A DNA stretch of 54,186 nucleotides, taken from an uncultured Anaerolineaceae bacterium (GTDB lineage Bacteria > Chloroflexota > Anaerolineae > Anaerolineales > UBA4823). The stretch's first letter is position 1; each line of letters opens with the position of its first letter. Below the pieces are notes generated by a model, which saw nothing but the letters and a program-made list of their open reading frames with translations, searched no databases and had not been told where the DNA came from. Of the stretch, positions 38,444-46,004 are shown piece by piece. Both the position numbers and the translations under genes were made by a program. The stretch lies in contig CAZTMX010000001.1 of NCBI GenBank assembly GCA_964614855.1, forward strand, positions 1-54,186, written 5' to 3'.

Positions 38444-38475
38444 AACTGCCGGGTTTCACTGCCCGGCAGTTTTTC
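38444..38475 (+). terminator. Rho-independent terminator after the repeat-protein gene
   Basis: ACTGCCGGG (38445..38453) pairs with CCCGGCAGT (38462..38470). A T5 tract follows. Confidence 0.8.
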
Positions 38476-38491
38476 TATGTATAATGAAAGG

Positions 38492-39967
38492 ATGAAAAAC
38501 GCCGGCTGGAAGATCAGAATTGGCATTTTTTTAACCTGCCTGTTTTTTTACTTGGCTTTTTGGAACGGGAAAGGGGTTTCAATCGACGGCATTGTCATGT
38601 TCCAATATGCCAAATCCCTACTGTTCCAGCGGTCGCTGGTGATGAACCCACCGGTGGTGTGGGGGCAAGAATTTACCGTCAGCCGCTGGCCGATTGGCTT
38701 GACCCTGGCGTATACGCCCATTCTGTGGCTCCTGGTTAAGGTCCCCTGGCTTTCCAGTAACCGCATCACCAAGATCCCTTATGATGCTGGGGTAGATTTC
38801 AGCAATAAATTCTTCAATGACCCGGCATACCAGTATGCCTCGCTTTTGCATCCCCTGGTGACCGCGATTTCTGCTGTGCTTGTCTATGAGCTTGGCCGGC
38901 TGCTTGGCTTATCGCAAAAGAAGGCCATCGCCGCAGCCCTGGTCTTTGGGCTGGCCTCCCCTGCAGCAGTCTACACCCGCTATGATTACGCCCAACCACT
39001 GGCTTCCATGTTTATCCTGGCGGCTGTGGTTTGTGTTCTCAAAGCCAGGCATGGCAACCGCTTGCTTCTTTTGCTTGGTGGGGCAGCGGCAGGGTTGGCG
39101 GTTTTGACCCGCCCTGAAACGCTCATCATCCCCGGATTGCCCTTATGCCTGGCTGTTTTCACAATCTCTCCGGTGCGAGACAATGAGAAGGGTTGGTTTT
39201 CCATGGCTCGGCTGTCCAACCTGCTGCGGTTTGCTATCCCGCTTCTGCTGGGGGTACTGGTTGTGTTATGGTGGAACGATCTGCGCTTTGGCAGCTGGAC
39301 AGATACCGGCTATTCCGGCGAGATCAACCGCTTTGTTCTGCTGTGGGATCGCTTCCTGCCTGCCCTGGTTGCCAACCTGGTCAGCCCGGGGCGCGGGATT
39401 TTCATCTTTTTTCCCCTCAGTCTGCTGAGTGTTGCAGGCATTTTCAGCCTTGGTAGGCGCGACCCGTGGTCGGGCTGGCTGCTTGGCACGGTGATCGCTG
39501 GTTCCTGGCTCATGTACTCCGCCTGGTACCAGTGGGCAGCCGGCATTTCCTGGGGGCCGCGTTTCCTGATCCCGCTTATGCCCTACCTGGCTGTGCTCTC
39601 CTGGTTTAGCTTGGATGCTTTAAAGATAAGAAACCCCAGGATCAAAGGAACAATCTGGCTGGGCCTGGCATTGCTCGGGTTGCCAGCGACGATGCAAGGC
39701 ATGCTCTTCCACCCGCTGCGCTTTTACGGTTTGTTGAACCTGGACAACCAGACAGTCAGCGAAGGTCTATACCATTTCTTACCGCAAATGTCGCCTGTCT
39801 TCAGCGGTTGGGGCGATGCGCTGTCGCTGGTGCACTATCGCAATGTTTGGATCGAATCCGCCATCCAGAACGGCTCTGGATGGGTGTATTTGAGCCTGCT
39901 GCTCCTGCTGCTGGCAGCCTGTGCCTGGTTTTGGGTTTGGGTCTTACCCCGCGCCGGCAACACTTGA
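38492..39967 (+). CDS. Polytopic membrane protein, GT-C-fold glycosyltransferase-like (ArnT/PMT family-like)
   Basis: More than 10 predicted TM helices, with the size and loop pattern of GT39/83-type enzymes. ATG 38492 lies 6 nt after TATAAT (38480..38485). The track ATG at 38477 sits directly on the terminator T-tract. Confidence 0.5.
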   Translation: MKNAGWKIRIGIFLTCLFFYLAFWNGKGVSIDGIVMFQYAKSLLFQRSLVMNPPVVWGQEFTVSRWPIGLTLAYTPILWLLVKVPWLSSNRITKIPYDAGVDFSNKFFNDPAYQYASLLHPLVTAISAVLVYELGRLLGLSQKKAIAAALVFGLASPAAVYTRYDYAQPLASMFILAAVVCVLKARHGNRLLLLLGGAAAGLAVLTRPETLIIPGLPLCLAVFTISPVRDNEKGWFSMARLSNLLRFAIPLLLGVLVVLWWNDLRFGSWTDTGYSGEINRFVLLWDRFLPALVANLVSPGRGIFIFFPLSLLSVAGIFSLGRRDPWSGWLLGTVIAGSWLMYSAWYQWAAGISWGPRFLIPLMPYLAVLSWFSLDALKIRNPRIKGTIWLGLALLGLPATMQGMLFHPLRFYGLLNLDNQTVSEGLYHFLPQMSPVFSGWGDALSLVHYRNVWIESAIQNGSGWVYLSLLLLLLAACAWFWVWVLPRAGNT

Positions 39968-39986
39968 TGCGCACGCCTTTTGCTGG

Positions 39987-40718
39987 CTAGAGTGCAGTTA
40001 GGTTCGGCGGGCAGTTCAGGCGTTTCTTGGGCAAGGGGGAGGCGTACCCGCCGGCTTTGCTGGTGCGCAGGTTTTGCAGCACCATCCCCTGTGCCTGCAC
40101 CATGGCGCACTTGACCGGGTCAAGCACCGGCACACCCAGGCGCTTGCTCAGCTCGATTTCCAAACCGGCCAGCACTGCGCCTGCCAGGATCAGCACCTCA
40201 GCGCCGTCTTGCTCGATGGCGCGCTGGCCGGCTTGCTGGAAGGCCAGGATGCGCGCTTCGCCGGGTTCAGCTGCCTGGATGACCGACATATCCACGGTTT
40301 GCACACTGGCAAAACGCTCGCGAAACCCGTGTTGGAATGCCAGCCTGCTCAACACCGGTCGCATACGGGTCAGTGGGCTGAGCAGCGAAAAGCTGTGCCC
40401 CAACTGGACGGCGGTGACCATCGACGCTTCCGCGATGCCGATCACCGGCTGCGCAGCGATCTCCCGCCCGCCCGCCAGCCCCGGGTCGCTGTAACAGGCG
40501 ATGACAAAGGCGTCCGAATCATGGCGCCAGCGGGCGATCTCTTCGCATACCCCCACAGCTGAGATTTCCGCCTCCAGGTAACCTTCGATGGTGTTCGGCC
40601 CCATTTCCGGTGTGACCATGCGGATTTGTGTACCGGCAAAGCTGGCCAGTTCGGCTGCAGTCTTGATCCCTTCGCTGACCTTTGGGTTAGTATTGCCGTT
40701 AATCACTGTGATAATCAT
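39987..40718 (-). CDS. Asp/Glu/hydantoin racemase family protein
   Basis: MIITVINGNTN, AFVIACYSDPGL and VLILAGAVLAG fit the racemase fold pattern. ATG ending at 40718 has AAGGAG upstream. The track extension to 40805 overlaps the upstream gene. Confidence 0.7.
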   Translation of the reverse strand: MIITVINGNTNPKVSEGIKTAAELASFAGTQIRMVTPEMGPNTIEGYLEAEISAVGVCEEIARWRHDSDAFVIACYSDPGLAGGREIAAQPVIGIAEASMVTAVQLGHSFSLLSPLTRMRPVLSRLAFQHGFRERFASVQTVDMSVIQAAEPGEARILAFQQAGQRAIEQDGAEVLILAGAVLAGLEIELSKRLGVPVLDPVKCAMVQAQGMVLQNLRTSKAGGYASPLPKKRLNCPPNLTAL

Positions 40719-40737
40719 GGCTTGTGTGCTCCTTTGT

Positions 40738-41571
40738 TTAGGTAACCAGGTGAGATGGAAGGAAATCCAGCCGGTTGTGATACACCAGGCGAACTTCGCT
40801 CTCAAGGAAATCCACCCGCGAGATGGCGGTATTGTTCAACGACAGCCATGTCCTGGCTTTTGGGTTTTCCTCACCCACCTGGATGGGCGAGGGGATATCC
40901 AGGATGGCGCCCATTAAATAATTGTAGAAACCGCCGTGGCTGACCAGGGCGATGCGGTCATCGCTGCCGCCGTGGCGCGCCAGCAGCTCTGCCAGCAGCC
41001 GTTTGGCGCGCTGCACACGCTGCTCGCGCGTCTCAAAGGGACGGTTCCACCAGCCACCCGCCGGAAAATCCGGCAGGATGAGCTCGGGAAAATTTTCATC
41101 GAAGTAGGAATGGTCGTTGCCGGGCAAACCGACCAGCTCGCCGCTGGCAGGATCTGCCAGGAAGATGCCGCCACCCTCGTGCAGGTCTGATAATGCTTGC
41201 AGCGGCATGTCCAGTTTCTGGGCTATCACGCTCGCGGTCTGGATGGTGCGCACCATCAGGCTGCAGTACAGGTGGGTAAAGCCGAACCCGCGGGCATTTT
41301 GCAGGTCGTCTGGGTCGAAGACCAGGTTGGGGTTGGCTGGGAGTGGGCCGCCCGTTGGAGCGGAGGCATTCTTCGCAGATTCCTTGGGCGTTCCAGGAGC
41401 GGTTTGACGGCCGGTGTGGTTCTCCCCAGCCAGGAAATCTGCCAGGCTGAGCGCCTGCTGCCAGCCGGTAGCGGTGATCTCGGGGTCTGCTTGCCGTGCG
41501 CTTTCGCTGCCGGTCAGGACATACAGGGCGTTGTTGTGTGATTGGGCGTGGCGGATGTAGTAAAGCTGCAT
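40738..41571 (-). CDS. Histidine phosphatase family protein (phosphoglycerate-mutase-like)
   Basis: MQLYYIRHAQS (RHG-type motif), a later SLMVRTIQTA, and VSHGGF. It carries a low-complexity insertion. The racemase gene lies 19 nt downstream. Confidence 0.8.
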   Translation of the reverse strand: MQLYYIRHAQSHNNALYVLTGSESARQADPEITATGWQQALSLADFLAGENHTGRQTAPGTPKESAKNASAPTGGPLPANPNLVFDPDDLQNARGFGFTHLYCSLMVRTIQTASVIAQKLDMPLQALSDLHEGGGIFLADPASGELVGLPGNDHSYFDENFPELILPDFPAGGWWNRPFETREQRVQRAKRLLAELLARHGGSDDRIALVSHGGFYNYLMGAILDIPSPIQVGEENPKARTWLSLNNTAISRVDFLESEVRLVYHNRLDFLPSHLVT

Positions 41572-41911
41572 GCTCTCAAAGCTCCTGATCTTGGCAGCGC
41601 ATGGTTGTTACGTTGCGCTATTGGTGATGCGCCAGTGTTGATGCGCAAAGGAATATGCGTTTTGATGGTTCGTTCTTTTTCAAGTCATAATAGTGTAATT
41701 GATTGCTGTAAAGTTGTCAAAGCGTGTAGTGGCTCCAAGCTGACCGGGAATATCACAATCATGTATAGACAACCCACCATGCGCCTGAAAAATCTCTAAG
41801 AAAAATGGTCGGAAAAAGTGCTATACTAGGAATGTTGTCTAACAGACTACCGCTGCCTGTGCTTTTTGTAATTCAGAAATAGCCCGGCAAAACCAAAAGG
41901 AGTAGCATGTT

Positions 41912-42631
41912 ATGAATAAAATGAAAAATAGGCAAGGGATCACCCATATCGCGGTCAAGACCGTCCTGGTTTTGGCCATGGTGTTGGCGGTTTTTGCCCA
42001 AACCACCCCGGCTGCCGCCGTCACGTGCAAATTCAAACATAAAGTCAAAGCAGGGGAAAACCTGATCGGGATCGGCCAGATGTACCAGTATGACTGGCGC
42101 GAGATTGCTGAAGCCAGCGATCTCAAGGAGCCGTATGTGCTTTCGGTGGGGATGACGCTGTGTATCCCCGGCGGGACAAAACCGTCTGAAACGACCACAA
42201 CCACAACAACCGATGCCACCGGCACGCAAACAACCACCACGACCAAGGTCTCACCTAGCCTGACCACCGGTTCTTCAATGAACTCGGTGTATGTCAAGGT
42301 GGAAGGCTTCCCCAAGAATACACCCTATTCAGTGCGCATCCAGGGTGTAGATAACAAGGGACAGCCGAACGGGATTTGCCCATTAAAGGTCAGCAAGTTC
42401 AACCCGCTGGATATTATCCCCGACTGCCAGATCGGCCGGCTGCGCACCGATAAGAACGGCTTCTACGAAGGCTGGTTCCGTATCCCTGTGGGCGTAGAGC
42501 AGACTTCCGAAATGGCAGTGTGCGTCAAAAACCAGTTGACGGATAATGTCTCCTGCGGTAACTTCGAGAACCCATTCTATACGTACAGTGCGTACACAGC
42601 CAGCCTGGGCTGCGCCAAGTGGGCGCGCTAG
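41912..42631 (+). CDS. Secreted LysM-domain protein with poly-Thr linker
   Basis: Signal/anchor VLVLAMVLAVFAQTTPAAA, LysM domain HKVKAGENLIGIGQMY...SVGMTLCIP, and TTTTTTT linkers. SD AAGGAG 9 nt upstream. Confidence 0.8.
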   Translation: MNKMKNRQGITHIAVKTVLVLAMVLAVFAQTTPAAAVTCKFKHKVKAGENLIGIGQMYQYDWREIAEASDLKEPYVLSVGMTLCIPGGTKPSETTTTTTTDATGTQTTTTTKVSPSLTTGSSMNSVYVKVEGFPKNTPYSVRIQGVDNKGQPNGICPLKVSKFNPLDIIPDCQIGRLRTDKNGFYEGWFRIPVGVEQTSEMAVCVKNQLTDNVSCGNFENPFYTYSAYTASLGCAKWAR

Positions 42632-42663
42632 GCTAAGTCAAATTCATTTCTCAAGATCAAGAC

Positions 42664-42695
42664 GGAGCTGTCCAAAAATACTGGACAGCTCCTTT
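42664..42695 (+). terminator. Rho-independent terminator after the LysM gene
   Basis: GGAGCTGTCCA (42664..42674) pairs with TGGACAGCTCC (42682..42692). TTT follows. Confidence 0.8.
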
Positions 42696-42746
42696 GCATT
42701 CTTGTAGATATTAATATAATTGATATATATTTACCCATTTCACTAC

Positions 42747-42775
42747 TTGACATGACAATAATTTGATGCTATACA
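42747..42775 (+). promoter_or_regulatory. Sigma70-like promoter (TTGACA-17-TATACA) in the AT-rich spacer
   Basis: TTGACA at 42747..42752, a 17-nt spacer, and TATACA at 42770..42775, ~200 nt upstream of the small ORF at 42975. Confidence 0.4.
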
Positions 42776-42974
42776 ATTCTTAACAATCAAAAAATTCGGG
42801 CGCGAATTACTGATCACCTTTTGATTGTCAACCACTCACCCTTTCATTGATTCAACAAAGAAAATCGCTGACCTTTTTGGGTTTCATTTTCTGTTTGATT
42901 GCCTGCCAATCATCCGCTGTTTTCGGATTGGACAGCAGGTTTTTGAACCCTATCTTAAGAAAGGAGAATATTTC

Positions 42975-43148
42975 GTGAAGACCTACATTGCAATCCTCAT
43001 CACCATCATCTTGCTCATTGGTTCGACATCGCCCGCCCTTGCAGCCGCAAAGGCGCGTGGGGACTTTGGGCTGGGCAATGTCAACCAGAATTTTGTCGGC
43101 GTCGAAATCCCGCCACCCTGGGACTTGCCGCCAGGACTGCTACACTAA
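42975..43148 (+). CDS. Small putative secreted peptide (57 aa)
   Basis: GTG follows AAGGAG (42961..42966) after an 8-nt spacer. The signal-like N-terminus IAILITIILLIGSTSPALA-AAK is followed by ~35 aa (GDFGLGNVNQNFVGVEIPPPWDLPPGLLH). No homology recognised. Confidence 0.45.
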   Translation: MKTYIAILITIILLIGSTSPALAAAKARGDFGLGNVNQNFVGVEIPPPWDLPPGLLH

Positions 43149-43346
43149 TATCGCCATCTATTTCAAAATAACTCCATCCGATATGGGGGCGCCTTTGCGG
43201 GTAGGATTTGAACTCGGCGGATGGAGCTTATCTAAAATGAATAATTACCGCACCATCAGTGTGGCTCACCCAGGCTGGAAAGTGAAAACTCACTACCAGC
43301 CTTTTCTATCCATTCTCGCTGCCAACTCGTGTCCGGATACCCGGAA

Positions 43347-43375
43347 TTGCTTTTTCCCCTTCTTTTATCTATAAT
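43347..43375 (+). promoter_or_regulatory. Sigma70-like promoter (TTGCTT-17-TATAAT) upstream of the SIR2-like gene
   Basis: TTGCTT at 43347..43352, a 17-nt spacer, and TATAAT at 43370..43375, ~120 nt upstream of the SD-led GTG at 43495. Confidence 0.5.
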
Positions 43376-43494
43376 ATTTTTAATTAACCTTGTCATATGA
43401 AGCTTTATACTCATCATCTCTTTTTTGATCAGCTCTTTGTGTGCCTGGCAGATTTGCCAATCCAACCTGGTACCCGTTCAGGAGGCATCCAACT

Positions 43495-44871
43495 GTGGAA
43501 ATCCGTGATGAATTGACCGCCCTGGCGCGGCAGATGCTGGAGCGCAGGGAAAAAGAGGCCCAGCCGCTGATCCTCTTCCTGGGGCGCGGCTGTGCAGATG
43601 CCGCCGGCGTACCCGGCAGCATCGAAATCGCCCGCCAGTTGTTTCGCGATAACGACCTGGCGCGCCAGTACCTTGAGCCTGCAGGTGATGCATCTGACGA
43701 ACAGGCGCTGCTGCACGCATTCAATGAGTTTGTGGCGGATATGACCCCCGGCCAGCGCCACCGTATGCTGCAGTCTTTCTATGCCGGGCTGCCGGTGCCC
43801 GCCTTTTACCAGGACCTGGCGCTGTTGATTAAAGCCGGGTTCTTCCGCCGTGTGCTCACCACCAGCATCGATGCCCTGCTAGAACAGGCGCTCAACGGTG
43901 CAGGCCTGTATATCGATAAGGATTACCAGGTGATCAGCCTGGGCAGCGCGCAGAAAACCCAGCCTCCACGAGATTACCAGCAGACTGCCTTTAGGATCAG
44001 CATCCTCAAGCTGCACGGCGACCTGGCAGCGCAGCAGACCTACCTTACACCGGAAGAAATCCTGGATGCCCTGGAGCCGCAGCGTGCCTTTATCAAGGGC
44101 GAGCTTTCCGGCGACCTGGTGATGGCGGGCTACGAGTTCGAAAGCGAGCCGCTAAACACCTGGCTGAACCGTGTGCCCGGGCAGCTTTGGTGGGTGAACC
44201 CGGAACCCCTGGACCCGACACATATTGCCCGGCTCCAGGATGTGCGCAGCCTGCGCATCATATCCGGCAGCCAGGCTTATCCCGAAGAGTTTTTCGGCCA
44301 GCTGGTATACCTGCTGCTGCGCCGACCGCTCAAGACCTCGCTTTCAGCCGAGCCGATCCAGGCGTATTCACAGGCGCAGCAAGGTCTGAGCGATGTCGAT
44401 CAGCTTTTGGAAAGCCTGGAGGAGAGCGACTTCTCTGATACGGATTACCTCAAGGACCAGTTGTACCGCAGCCGGGCGCTGCTGCAAAGCCTGCAGCAAT
44501 CCTCCGCCCCGGGGGAACGCAACCTGCAGCTGCAGGCGCAGATCGATTACCAGCGCCAGCGTGTGACCGAGCTGGAAGACCAGCTGCGCAGCCTGGACGG
44601 CACCCGGCGGCATGTGCTGCAGCTGCTGCGCGAAATGCAGCAGGAGGTCGCCAAGGCCAGCACAGACCCTAACCAGGTCGCCTTTTTCCAGAGCCAGGTG
44701 CGCGCCATCCGCCGGGAATACCGGCGCGAGACACCCGACCAGACCATCATTTCAGCAGCCATCAGCGCCACGCTGATCCTGGTGGAGCGGCTGGGCGCAG
44801 AAAACATCGATCCGCAGCTGCTGCAAGAGCTGGCAGCTTTTGCACCCAGTACGCTGAGCCGGAGGTCGTGA
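43495..44871 (+). CDS. SIR2-like (SIR2_2-type) domain protein with C-terminal coiled-coil-like tail
   Basis: The ordered motifs are LILFLGRGCADAAGVPG (GxG NAD loop), VLTTSIDALLE (TQNID/TTNYD-equivalent), ILKLHGDL (catalytic His, nt 44014..44016) and LVMAGYEFESEP. The last ~170 aa are a Q/L/R/E-rich helical tail. GTG 43495 follows AGGAGG (43480..43485) after 9 nt. The track start GTG 43441 lacks an SD. Confidence 0.8.
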   Translation: MEIRDELTALARQMLERREKEAQPLILFLGRGCADAAGVPGSIEIARQLFRDNDLARQYLEPAGDASDEQALLHAFNEFVADMTPGQRHRMLQSFYAGLPVPAFYQDLALLIKAGFFRRVLTTSIDALLEQALNGAGLYIDKDYQVISLGSAQKTQPPRDYQQTAFRISILKLHGDLAAQQTYLTPEEILDALEPQRAFIKGELSGDLVMAGYEFESEPLNTWLNRVPGQLWWVNPEPLDPTHIARLQDVRSLRIISGSQAYPEEFFGQLVYLLLRRPLKTSLSAEPIQAYSQAQQGLSDVDQLLESLEESDFSDTDYLKDQLYRSRALLQSLQQSSAPGERNLQLQAQIDYQRQRVTELEDQLRSLDGTRRHVLQLLREMQQEVAKASTDPNQVAFFQSQVRAIRREYRRETPDQTIISAAISATLILVERLGAENIDPQLLQELAAFAPSTLSRRS

Positions 44872-46004
44872 TGGCACAGGTGATTTCGCTGATGGTGCTG
44901 CCAACCGGCTCGGCTGAAGCGCTGCCGCAAATCCTGATGGAGCGCTCGGGTTTGTGGCGCGATATGTCGCCCTCGCTGGATATCCGCCTGTCCGTGCGCT
45001 CGCAGGCGCTGCGCGAAAACATGGACACCCTGCTGGGTGAGCTGATGGCGCAGATGGAGCACAACGCCCACCCCAGCCTGGCGGTTTTGAAAGCAGCCTT
45101 CAAAGGACATTACCGGGTGATCGTCCCAGCAGGCGTGCAGCAGGCGCTGGCAGATGCCTTGAGCCAATCCGCCCCCGGCACCCCGCCGCTGCTCAAGCTG
45201 CACATCCACCCGGCCGCGGAGTGGATCCCCTGGGAGCTGCTGCACGATGGCAAGGATTTCCTGGGGTTAAATTTCCAGATCGCCCGCCTGCCCATCTTAC
45301 CCAACAGCCCTGATCTTTCCTTTTATGAACCGCGCCGCGTCGACCAGGTGTGCAGCCTGCTGGCAAAAAACGCCTTTGATGAACCCTTGGCGCCCCAGCT
45401 TGAGCAAGCCTGGCAGGAGACCTTTTCTGGGCTGCTGCCGTCAGGCGTCCAGCTCACCCGTTACCCTGGCGAAGGCGCGCCAGCCCCAGGATATCCCAAT
45501 GTGGAGGACCTGATCCGGGCGGGCAGCAGCAGTGATATCCTGCACATCACCTGCCACGGCCACCTGCAGGACAGGTTCGACAGGTATTTTTGGTCGCTAG
45601 ACCACCTGAGCCCGCTGATCTATGATTACAAGATCAATGCTGCGCTTGTAAGCGATCTGCCGTTGGCGCAAAACCCGCTTGTTTTTGGCAATGCCTGCGG
45701 TTCGCCAGCAGCTGCGGCTGCAGACAGCAGCGGGATGCTTTCACCCGGGTTTGGCTCGCTGTTCTTCGCCCAGGGTGCGGTCGGGTTTATTGGAACCTTT
45801 GCGCCCATCACCCAGGCGCTGGCGGCGCCTTTTGCGCGTAAATTTTATGAATACTTGCTGGCTGAGGGGCTGCCGCTGGGGCGCGCCTTGCTGGCAGCCA
45901 AACGCTATTTTGCCGAAAATGGGGAAGCCGATCCGTCTTTTCTGTATTACTGCCTGTACGGACCGGCTGAAACCAGCTTTTACGCCGCGCCAGAGGACGG
46001 TTAA
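44871..46004 (+). CDS. CHAT-domain (caspase-fold) protease
   Basis: EWIPWELL, DILHITCHGH (His-Gly, His codon 45555..45557), PLVFGNACGS (Cys codon 45696..45698), AQGAVGFIGTFAPI and LYYCLYGP follow the CHAT pattern in order. ATG 44871 shares one nucleotide with the upstream TGA, and GGAGG lies 5 nt upstream. Confidence 0.85.
   Translation: MAQVISLMVLPTGSAEALPQILMERSGLWRDMSPSLDIRLSVRSQALRENMDTLLGELMAQMEHNAHPSLAVLKAAFKGHYRVIVPAGVQQALADALSQSAPGTPPLLKLHIHPAAEWIPWELLHDGKDFLGLNFQIARLPILPNSPDLSFYEPRRVDQVCSLLAKNAFDEPLAPQLEQAWQETFSGLLPSGVQLTRYPGEGAPAPGYPNVEDLIRAGSSSDILHITCHGHLQDRFDRYFWSLDHLSPLIYDYKINAALVSDLPLAQNPLVFGNACGSPAAAAADSSGMLSPGFGSLFFAQGAVGFIGTFAPITQALAAPFARKFYEYLLAEGLPLGRALLAAKRYFAENGEADPSFLYYCLYGPAETSFYAAPEDG

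Noticed and set aside
42825-42974. N-terminal 50-aa extension of the small ORF (track start 42825)
   Set aside because: The extension lies in AT-rich DNA without an SD and overlaps the inverted-repeat arm at 42819..42828. The internal GTG 42975 has a canonical AAGGAG and begins exactly at a signal-peptide-like segment.
43190-43240. tRNA-like fragment (GGATTTGAAC...GGAGC) that could mark an integration site next to the SIR2/CHAT pair
   Set aside because: The T-arm-like string has no complementary stem. The element order is wrong for either strand of a tRNA, and no acceptor or anticodon arms can be drawn. I treat it as a chance resemblance. A tRNAscan/Infernal run would settle it.
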